The notes under the pieces were generated by a model. That model worked only from the letters and a program-made list of their open reading frames with translations, was not told where the DNA came from and ran no database searches. A DNA stretch of 52,887 bases, counting the filler, from Sphacelaria rigidula (lineage: Eukaryota): assembly GCA_964200075.2 (NCBI GenBank). It is 3 parts of 3 records of this genome, joined end to end, with 100 filler letters (N's around TTAATTAATTAA, not from the genome) between each part and the next. Parts side by side here need not be neighbours in the genome. Positions count along the whole stretch, not along the records: positions 35,329 to 52,887 come from CAXNAA020001044.1; 2 more parts are not named here. The stretch is one strand, 5' to 3'. The position numbers and the translations under genes were made by a program. Shown here piece by piece: positions 38,456-48,748 of the stretch (position 1 is its first letter; every line of letters begins with the position of its first letter).

Positions 38456-41400
38456 ATGACCTGCCCCACTCGCCACGAGAAGAATACCTCTGCTGCACTG
38501 ACTACTGTGACTGGCGGAGCAGGCACCCCGCCAGAAGGTAGCGCGAGTGGAAGGCGACCCACTCTAGTATTAGGTACGCATGGATTTTCTGCGCACGACG
38601 GACGCACTGGGGATATGTTGTGTATGTGTGTGCCATCTCCGGTGTGCGTTTTTCAGTTTTTGGAGTATTGAAAATTATGGCAAACGAACGTGTCCCTTGG
38701 CCTTGGGAGAGGTGCAGAAAGACCAGCGAAATTTTATGTTGTTTTCGTTGTTCATCAAAACATACTCAAGGGTGTCATCGTGTTCTAGGCCGCGCTGTCT
38801 CCGTCAGACATCGGCCACGGCTGAAAGCTGTTGTACAAGCTGTACTGCCAGCACCAAAAGCTGTACTGCCAGCACCAAAGGTGTTCGACATCTTGCGCTG
38901 TCGTTTGTTGATGCTTTGTACGTGAGTGGTGACAAAAAAAATTCAATTCAGCATTTCGCGTGAAGCGGCTCCTGCCACGTGATCCTGTTCCGCCCCCTGG
39001 TAACCCTATCTCCGTCTATTTCCCGGCAGTCTCCAAGTATCCCACTCCTGGGTCCAGCAAAACACGGCTTATCCCGGCATTTGGAAAGATGCTGGCTGCC
39101 AGGCTTGCCATGGCCATGCTCAAAGACTTACTCGCGCGATTCGCTGAAGAGGTGAGATGACCCTGGTGTCCAGGAAGGGGTTGTAAGAAATTCATCCCTC
39201 TCTTGCAGTCAGTCTTGGTCTGTTCGTTTTTACAAGTGGACGGTGTTCATGTATAACAGGTGCGGACCGAACAGGGCACCAAACTTTTTGTATGTAGAGC
39301 TGCATCATGGAAGAACCATGGTGGAGTAGCTGTTTTTACAACTTATTTGCTGTGTACTGTGCTGTCGTCTATTTTGGCCACGCGTACATGACTCAAGCGT
39401 ACTGCTGCACATGAAGATGGCACCTGAAACCCATATGAGCGCCCGCCCTAATCGCCAGTTGGTGATGCGTGACCTGTAGTCCCACCCTGACAAATGGTAC
39501 GCCTCTCCCTTTCGACGGTTCATGGTAGATCTTCCTATGAAGGTGCTTCTTCGTTATCAACAGAGCTCCATATTTTACTTTCACGCACACGTCGCAAGAC
39601 TTCTGCATTGCAAAGCTCTGTGTTTGACGGCCTTGCCTTCGATTCTACGATATCTGTGGCGCCCGTGGTGGGTAGAGGTGGAGAGACGGGGAGCGAAGGG
39701 CCCATTCCGACCGGAACTGACTCTCGGAACAGCAAGATCAAACATTGGAGAAAACCCTGTGTGGTGACTCTTTATATCAGTACACACTGCACTAAAGTGC
39801 GCACAGTACAGTCTATTTTTAACTGTTCCGTGCTTGCATTTGTCGCCTGTACAACTACGGGTATTGTGGCTCAATCAAGAACAAATATCTGGCAGCGAGT
39901 AGCATGGCTGGTGGGTGATGACCTCTCTGCTGAGTTCGCCGCCGCGTAGCTTGGGAGGGTATATGCTGTTTTCATTGCTGCAGCTTTGCGGCCGTTACGA
40001 TACCAGGCCGTGCTGCCCTGCAGGAAGAGCCGCTCAACAGTACTGTACTGTCAACGATAGTTGTTCGTCAATGCCTTACCTGGGGTAAGAGCGAATCTGA
40101 AACCAGTCGTTGAATCTGTTCAGTATCATGTGGCCCACGCACGTTCCGCGTTCATGATCCAAAATGAAAAAAAGCGCTTGCCAGTGAACTCGTCCAAGGG
40201 TTATTTTTCAAACTGCGCCTGTCACATCATGGTTCCCCCTCTTGTATATACCTCCGTGTTTCTGCAAGAGATCACTAGTTCCATGTCTCCCCTAACCTCC
40301 CGAACCTCACGTGTTCCCCAGCGATTGTACTTCTTCGTGATATACCTGGAAGAACGTTGTGGTCGTTGCAGCCACTGGCTAGTCGAACCATAGCCCTGGA
40401 TTGACTCCACACGAAGTTTTCTTCGTGGAACTGTCCCCATGTAAGTCCCTTGCGGCATAGTTGGCACAATTAGCAGCACCAAAGTCCAAACATCTTGCCC
40501 TTTCCCTACTGTTTGCTGTGAATGCCAGCTTTGTGCCCTCAGGGCTTTTGCCCCTGTGGCATGGTCGGTCATGATCTGGTGACGTAGCGTGAAGTGTGGG
40601 TGATGTCTCCAGGATTTTGAGTATGAGAAATACGTGAGTCCCTGCCAACCATGAGCCTGGGTCCGTTGACGATTCGGTGATTGCCTCCACCTGCTGAGGT
40701 TCAGCCCCTGATGACTGACGACTAGCTTTATGGATTTTTACTCGACTGACTGAAACACGCCCAACACAAAAACCCCATGGAAAAACTTGCTGTGTTGAAG
40801 AAGGCAAGTTTTCGCTCCAAACCCGAAACTTTCGCCACCCATCGAGTGTCCTTGCCCTCGGTGTTTGCCGTCTGGCTGTGTACGCGACCCAGTGCCAGTT
40901 TGGGTATATGAGCACACCAGTCGGGGTCACACGAGAAGGTCAACGAATTATTAGTCTGCGTTGTTTTTTCTTCTTTTCAACTCATGTTTGCTCTCGATAG
41001 CATAACGAGATGATGATATGACGGGAGGAACCACACAACCTTCTCTTGATTTCGAAGAAGACGTACGATATTCGTAGCCAGCGATCGCGTCTGTTGTTTA
41101 AAGGGGAAAAAAAAAACGGCGTTTGAATAGTTCGGTGACTACCTCACTTCCACTTCGGCCGTGTGCTGTGGATTATTTGACACTCTCACCCTAGGCAAGA
41201 GCTTTCTACAGTCAGTACTCGTATACAATTTAAAAAGCATGTACTGTGCACAGTATGGAAGCTATTGCCTTCCGTGACGTGCACAGTACTCGTACAAAAG
41301 TGGGGACTGTGCGCAGTATGACTTCAAGACAGGGTAAAAATCTCCACGCGGTATAAATTGTTACCCCCGGCTTGCGCCCCATAGCGGATGTGCTGCCATA

Positions 41401-44400
41401 CAGCTCCGCTCAAGATACAGGCAGGAATTATAGCGGAAGAGGCGACCTATTACCCTTGCGTGCGCCACCCAGGGCGAATGCACACTTGGCTGCAACACCG
41501 ACCGCTGTACAGCAATGACTCGAGTGCTCGCCCTATTCATTTGTTTCCACAACGAGCGATGACTCGAGTGCTCGCCCTATCCATTTTTTGCACAACGAGC
41601 AATGACTCGAGTGCTCGCCCTATTCATTTTTGGCACAACGAGTAATGACTCGAGTGCTTGCCCTGTTCATTTTTGTCCACAACGAGTAATGACTCGAGTG
41701 CTTGCTCTATTCATTTTTTGCACAACGCCCAGTACCAATGTACCGCGCAGATATCGGAACGGCTTTTAATGTGAAGACAACAACAACAACAACGAGTGCG
41801 AGTGCCACGAGTGACACTCGTGCTCGTCCGACGAATGCAGCGTTTAAACCCTTACACCGCGAGGTTAGTCTTCTGTTGAATCGGCACCAATTTCAAGCGA
41901 GAAAAGTATGCATGATCCAGAAAGACTAATCCCGTGGTCTAAGGACAAGTCACCACCCTACATCGATTTTTCTCGGCAAGATTACCGTCATTATCATCAG
42001 GCCACACTGCTGTCATTTGGTGATAGAAGATGACACTGAAAACTCATTCGAAAAAACTCCTGTGTATGTGACCCGCCTGGTGCGCGCCGCCCACATATAC
42101 CGGTCGAAAGGTGTAGACCGGCATCCAGGATAGATGGGACAACACACACACACACACACACACACACAGTGTGGCATTCTCAATGTTCCCCCGGCCATGG
42201 GCTTGACACCCATCCACCAGGGCAGGTCTGTACATACATGAGCTCCGTTTGCCCTGTGAAAGATATCGTCTGTGGATTGAGACTTGGAGACCTCAAAATT
42301 GCCGGCCACCGGTGAAGGTTTAACCCTTAGACCGCGAGATTAGTCTTTCTGGATCATGGATACTATTTTCCACTTGAAATTGATGCCGATTCAACAGAAG
42401 ACTAACTTCGCGGTCTAAGAGTTGAGTGCCATGGCTACCGTGACGCACACTGCAGTCTCTGTGTGTAAAGCCGAGAACTTGGCCTTACCTGTCGTCATCG
42501 TCCTCGAAGTGCGATCTATCCGAGGCCACTCACTCACTATTCCATCCCTCTGCACTGCTGTGGAGTCTCGATATACTTTCTCTCCCGGAAATTATTTGTT
42601 GGATGTTTCACCGCTCCTGCTTTGCAGTGTTGATACACCTTCACTTGGGAAGAAACTGCAGTTTAATATCATGGACGTGTTTTTCAAGAGTGCTGAACGC
42701 GCTCACTCGCTTCCAGTGTCACAGCAGTGATGTGAATTCACCTGTCTAAGGCTGATCTAGTGGCTTGCCATAACAGTCAGCGACCCGCCCGAATCACCAG
42801 GAGTAAAGTCAAAACAAGTCGCATCCCTAAAATATCTTGTTCATTTTTAGGTCGGTTTTCTTCCAATAGAATGAACGGGCCCAGCCATCTACAGCATGTA
42901 GTCCTGCATACCCAAAAAACCCTATGACAAACGACAAAGCAGCCTGACTCCCATATCGTTTTATAAAGAGTGCATGGGCCGGAGTGCAGGTCGCCAGGGT
43001 ATATCCGTTCAGCCTGAGATGTAGGACACGGCTGCTCGCTGCCGGGTGCGTGCCCGCGCTGCGTGGCAGGTGCCATCTGAGTACACAATCCAGCGCCCTG
43101 TGTGACGTATCAAGTTTAGTGCATTACAGACGTGACGAGCTCTGTCTGTAGTCAAGTTTCTACCCCCCTTGCCGGCACAAATGGTTGATCAATCGACATT
43201 GGGTAATAGACGAACGGGCCATGAGACCGTCGTGGTGGACACCTGTTGAATCGGCATCAATTTCGCATACAAAATCACTCACGACCCATACGACCACGCC
43301 TCGGAGGTCCGAGGATGGATCATGATGTACATCTTCCGTTCATTTTTGGAGGAACGTCATGATCATTCAACAGATGACCCACCCTGGCTGTCGCGCGGCT
43401 ATCGCGCTTATCGGGAAGCAGCCCATCTTACTCACTGGAGGTACTCGTATCTCTAAGTTGAAAATTCTCGACATGTTCAACAGTATATTTGTTGCTGTAC
43501 TGTTGGACATGTTGGGAACCTCACCTCTTGAATACCTTTTGACATAGTGGGGTTCCTGGGTCGTGTGACGAACTTGCTCCCGCAGATGAGAAACATGGAT
43601 CAGCATCGGTTGAGGAGGTTACACTACCATCCGCGAAAAATATAGCACCTTTCGGGAGCCCGCAGCCGTCGCGCACAACAGCGCATCCGGAACCTAGGAC
43701 ACTGGTGTACTGACTTTGTAGCCCATCTGCCCCCCTTCACATGGATCGTACTGGTACCTCATATTTCAGTTCTTGAGTTTACTCGAGGCAGTATAGGGTA
43801 AGCCATAAATTCGCGACCTTTTCCCCCAACAGTCCTGCGAAGACGTCTGCTGCTATTTTACCGGGTGGGTTCTCTCATCCTGTGGGTGAGAAATCACGAT
43901 AAAAGAAAACAAGAGATGGTGATTTCTTCAGGGCTCTGGGGGTAACTATAAGTGAAATGAAATATGTTCGCGCGTATGGCCGAGCGTTGTTTGAAAACCA
44001 TCACTCGCCAAGAATCGAGGACCCACCCGAAATCAGGGGAACAACTATCGCATGGGACATGTCTTGTATCTCAACTGTGCCGCAGCACAAACACACTCAT
44101 GCTCTCGTCTCATGTGCCATGGCTGTCGCTGCGCTATCGTGTCTTCAGGTCTTTGTGAAGACGGTTAAGTCCGCTGGGACTGCCTGAGTTGCTTTGTTGT
44201 CAGTGCGTTCGTCTCACTCAAGAATGATGTTCTCGGCACGCAGTGCTCTCCACACAGTGTTCAAACACTCATGGTGTGTTGGCTGTTCCCAAACTCATCA
44301 TCTCTATGCTACAGTTGTTGGTGTGCTGCTGTGTATCTTGACACTATGACAATCATGGTGCGATGTGCGTTGGAGGGTGCCTGACCAGTCGCTGCTGCTG

Positions 44401-47400
44401 CATGACGTGTTTCGGTCTGCACTGAATCGCGGTAGGATCGAAGAGCTATCCAACCAAACGTAAAAGCTATTTTCACGTTACAGCTGTACAGCTGTCTGTT
44501 GCGTCTTCGCTGGTACTTCAGTTATAGCCGGGTGCTGCGACCGGGGAAAATACGCACGGCGGATGCGTGCAGGTTGGGGCCAACAAACTGTGCTAGCACG
44601 GAGCTGCTGTATCCTTGATTGATGGTGACAGCTGTCTGTCTCGCAGCGGCGCAATATGTGGGCCAATCAAGGCTACTTTTCGACTCATATTCCACTCGTT
44701 TTTCTCCTCTGATTCAAGAAAGGTCGCCGCACTTTCGTCTATTCAAAGACTCTGGTCGAAAAACCTTTCCACTTATGATTCTTGCCCCTATCTGTGAGCC
44801 CAGTGCCAAAAGCTGGGTGCATCGAAAGCTCTCGTAGAACGGTAGTACCCGGAAAACATGTCGAGAAATCCATCAGTTTGACGCGAAAAATGGCTTGAGG
44901 GGCAGTATCCCCTTCTACGGTACAGGGAACGGGATACAACACGGTCCATCCTGTCGTGGGAGAGGGGGTTGCTGCCACTCACTGCTGTAGTCGTTCCAAC
45001 AACTTGCGTACTGTGAGGACTGACTGGTGCGGGCTGAATGTTCCTGGACAATGTTGAACGCCCAATGTAGCTGAAGTTCAACCTTCAACATCGAGGACAC
45101 CGTCAAGCAATGATTGTGGGGTCTCTGGAAGATAATTATTGCCCCGAGCTTCGTTCTCCAAATCGTGAAACGACCCTGTGAATGACATTCACATACGCGC
45201 ATGTGTTGAAAATAGCTAAATCCCTATCCTAACCCCAACCAGAAGTATACCGAGAATCGTCGAGGGTTGTTTGGAGAGTGCTGAAGGCAGGGTGTGCCTT
45301 GGCAGTCCTCTGATGGGCGGCGCCGTGGTATACACGTCCAGCCTCTGTAAAGATCCGATTGTCGACGTAAGGGCCGTGTCTTCACTGCTCGGATTTTTGG
45401 GGGGTTGTACTCGTATATTCCACTTTCAGGACATTTTGCGTCGCCCCACTGAGAGTCTAGCCCACGTTCCGATTCGCTTGACTCCGAGGTATCGAGAACG
45501 GTCTCTGAACAAAAGTACGGCTAGAAAATAAAATGCGGTGTCTGCAGGTACTTCCCCCCGAACCGGAGCGCAGACTTGAGAATATCGCCCGTAAATTGAA
45601 GGTCCCGATTCAAGCTCCCTCCATCTGAGCCATATTCGGGGCCACAATACGGCGTTTCCTGATGCGAGCTCCCCTGATGTGCGGGCAGATACGAGATTGC
45701 TGACCGCCGTAATGATAATTCTAACAAGACAACGAGACACGCCCTGTGAGTGTCCTTCTCTTGAACCGAATCTCATATCAACCATCGTGGAGAAGACCTC
45801 TGACCTCCTGGAACCGAAGCTGATTGTATGCACGCCGACCAAAATGATCTGGTTCCAGGTTTCATCGTGCCATGCGTCAGGCGACTGTCATTGATGATGG
45901 TCCGTGTACAAGACGTGGCCTCTGTTTGCCGGATCGTTATTGAGAATGATACTTGGTATCCAGGTAGTGCTGTCCTCGGACTTTTCGCAATTGACATTGC
46001 ATGGATATCATCGACCGTATCCGTCAATCGAATCTGTTGCCCCCTCACCAATTCAGTTCGCGTCCACCCTTTTTTTTCTTCTATTTCTGTTTCCATGAAA
46101 AATTGCAGGATTCAACGAGGGTATTTCGAAAGGTGTTCGTGTACGCTCCTGCTTCTGCTGGCCCGGCGGTTGCTGCAATGCTGAAGGTAATCATGAACCG
46201 AGAAAATAAACGGCACCATCGTGTGTGTGTTTTACTTCGAGGTAACGACGAAAAGTGATACCCTGGAGGGTGGAAAATAGCGACGAAACAGCCACGCGTG
46301 TCTTGTTACAACTTAACCGTTGTGACTCAGCCGCGTGGTCATCCTTCACAGTGATTAGAGTCGACATGGTCACGGCTTGAGAGCACAGCATCAGTGGCAA
46401 AGGGAGTGGGAGGACATGGGCCGACCTGTCCTCAGCGTATGACATTGGTCGGTTGGCGGCAGGGATAAGAAAAATGCGCCATGTAAAATACCGTCATCCG
46501 AGGAGTAGGTCTCATCGGAATCCACGTACGTCAGTCGTAGGTGCGCCATAGTCAAAGCTTCATCTTTATACTTTTCCCCTGTTTTCTATGCAATGCAACG
46601 TATAGTCCATTACGCACTCCCCTCCCCCAGTTCCCCCTTCCCCCCAGATGTGGGGGTGCATCCACATCGTGCGAACACCTGCTGGAGGAGGAGCCGGTTT
46701 CATACTATTCTGCCCGCCCTGCCTCCCTTCGGATGTACTGTGCCCTTCGATCCTCTTACTCAGAACCTGAAGCTGGACAAGGTGTGGGAGGCGGAGCCGG
46801 TTGTGATGGGCACGGCGTTACGGGAAAGCGGACTGACGAACATTTTGGAGTCGGCGCTGGCAAACGCGAGATCAACCGAGAGGTGAGAAGTTATGTGGTT
46901 CTCGTGTGTTTTCGTCCCCTGCAGTCGCTGGTGTGTGTCGGTGAAAACTGTGAGGTTTTAGCGCTCCATAAAGATTCTGCGCTTTGCTTGCTGACGGCAC
47001 GCATGAATCAAAATTGGATGCTGGGCAAGCGTTGCAGAGGGCGCTGGTTGCACTAGACCTCGATCCGTAGGGCTGAAATGGTATGTCGATAGTTGACGCG
47101 GTCACCATTGTTGTGAAGATGGATGGCCCTTGCTTGGCACCAAGTAGCGTAATGGGACGTTACATTCAAGATCGTGACTTCATGAGTTTTTTTTTTCAGG
47201 GCTGTGGGACGAGCGTTGTCTCAAACGCCCGTTCGCGCTAGTGTTGATGTAGTTACAGCCCTCTGTATCGAATGTTGCGGGTTGTCGTGCTCTTTTTGCA
47301 AATAGTGATGGCGGGTCGGTTCAGTCCCTGGAGGATTGCCGAGACTATATTTGGAATCATCTGCTTCGGGTGTGTGTAGGATGTGGAACATTTGAATCGG

Positions 47401-48503
47401 CCGGCTTTACCCTCGTCGCGTTCGATCGTCTTTGAATCCTTTTTCGTGTCGAGTTCCCACCTGATGCGTTTTTTCATTTTTGCGTAGGTGGATGAAAGCT
47501 CCCTTGCTTCATCTGAATGTTCCCCTGACTCTACTTACAAAACGCTTGGCACCGGTGAATCCCTCCCCGCCCTCTCCATACGATGCAGGGATGGGGCAGT
47601 TGTTTTCGTGGGGATGGATACGCCGGAGTTACCATGGTCGGAAGTGATGGCGGCGAAAAACGCGGCCGAGATGGAGAACAACGCGTACATCTGCCCAGGT
47701 TAGTGAAGCAAAAACAAGGCTTGGTCGCTATCATTGCTGCTCGTCGTCGTAGATCTACACTCTTGGGGAAGCGATGTCTCCTGTAGACCGTGTGTAGAGC
47801 GCGGGTTACACGGCGACATCACATGCATTGAAAACTCGCTCCTTTCACGAGGCCTGGGATGAGATCACCAAAGTCGTGTACACGAGCATTTGTGCAGAGT
47901 TTTCATCCTCGAGTCCCTTTGAATGTACACCTTTTGCCTATATGCGACGGCGTCGGGGGTGAGTACGTGTTTGTCAGGGTGCGTTTATAAAACAGGGTCG
48001 CTTCAGAACAGGTACACCTTCGTCATGAAACAGCGTGAGATGTCGTAATAAAGTCATGGTTCTGAACGGAGCAGCGGGAAGGGACCGGGGGTCGGCAGTC
48101 GCCTCATCGTAAGCAAGTACTGTCCTCGAGAGCTCTCTATCACTTGCCCCAATAGATGCAGCTGCAAAATTTGAGTGTCCACTTTCTGACGTACGGCCCT
48201 CGTGCGCCCTGTCCTCTCTTCCTACTTGACTTAACCGCATCCCTAGCGTCGGACGGAGGCTACACACTACTAGGGCTGCCATCAACAGCACGAGAGGGTT
48301 CGTTCGAAGGCGTCTTGTGGTCCGATCCAAGGACTTGCGCCAGCCAAGCCATGGTGCTTTCCTCGAAGCAGGTGCCGACGCGATATGGGGGAACCTATCA
48401 CGATGTGGACGAGGCGGATGATGTGGCTGCGCTGGTGCGCCGGGCTCCAGCCGGTCTGGCCGATGTGAGAGAATGTCCTGCCGCGAAGAACGTGTGTAAA
48501 TGA
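38456..48503 (+). CDS. DUF2064 / TIGR04282-family protein (CofC-like GT-A fold transferase), ~267 aa. Exons 38456-38573, 39030-39151, 46109-46186, 46764-46882, 47589-47698, 48247-48503
   Basis: All introns are GT-AG and the phases close (804 nt). The spliced product has the family motifs in order: LVLVSKYPTPGSSKTRLIPAFG, VFVYAP, AVVFVGMDTPEL, ICPASDGGYTLLGL, FEGVLWS and YHDVDE. An alternative in-frame ATG lies at 38408. The family was recognised by motif recall, not by a search. Confidence 0.85.
41515..41727. repeat. Tandem array of ~5 units of 43-44 bp
   Basis: Unit ATGACTCGAGTGCTCGCCCTATTCATTTTTTGCACAACGAG(C/T)(A/G) is repeated head-to-tail with no unique spacers. Confidence 0.9.
41847..41944. 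mobile_element. ~100-bp piggyBac-like mini-MITE, copy 1
   Basis: It has its own TIRs, CCCTTACACCGCGAGGTTAGTCTT ... AAGACTAATCCCGTGGTCTAAGG, is preceded by TTTAAA, and is the reverse complement of copy 2. Confidence 0.6.
42142..42168. repeat. (CA)n microsatellite
   Basis: About 13 CA units. Confidence 0.9.
42320..42425. mobile_element. ~100-bp piggyBac-like mini-MITE, copy 2 (inverted relative to copy 1)
   Basis: TTAA|CCCTTAGACCGCGAGATTAGTCTT ... AAGACTAACTTCGCGGTCTAAGAG|TTGA: ~24-bp TIRs, a CCC start and a TTAA-like target site. Confidence 0.65.
44500..46030 (+). mobile_element. Highly degenerate Ty1/Copia pol relic (integrase to RT start) inside intron 2 of the DUF2064-like gene
   Basis: Frameshifted echoes of Copia motifs in the expected order: VRTD (~45015), NIE.P.K..WG..KII.A..FV (~45085-45155; compare LNMETPYK.LYG...LKIIGARAFV) and ASVCRI..RMILGI...QL (~45920-45995; compare FAPVCR..SIRMVLAIA...QLD). 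Confidence 0.5.
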
Positions 48504-48709
48504 GTGAGCGTTGCTTCACGGGTATTGATGCTCTTGGCCTTGGGTGCCACTACTCATGTCGCTCAAATTTGTGAAGGGGAAGAATGAACATATTATTGTA
48601 CTCGTACCTCATCCCTGTCGACCGCTGTGCTGTTTTAATCCGGTTGCTTTTCCGTTGTGGATCAACAGTCGCCGTGCCCGCAAACATTGGGGTTGCTGAG
48701 GACAGCGAT

Positions 48710-48712
48710 CCA

Positions 48713-48745
<33 letters not shown>
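48710..48745. repeat. (CAG)n trinucleotide repeat downstream of the DUF2064-like stop codon
   Basis: CAGCAACAG followed by about 9 CAG units. Confidence 0.9.

Positions 48746-48748
<3 letters not shown>

Noticed and set aside
41515-41727. CRISPR-like array
   Set aside because: The units are contiguous near-identical repeats with no unique spacers, there are no cas genes, and the context is a eukaryotic intron.
46648-46696. Extra exon candidate in the DUF2064-like gene (CAG acceptor at 46645-46647)
   Set aside because: Its phase is incompatible and its donor is weak, and exons 46109-46186 and 46764-46882 already join in frame.
3955-48503. A functional cluster linking the secreted Cys proteins, the TAZ protein and the DUF2064-like enzyme
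   Set aside because: They lie on separate contigs joined by artificial linkers.
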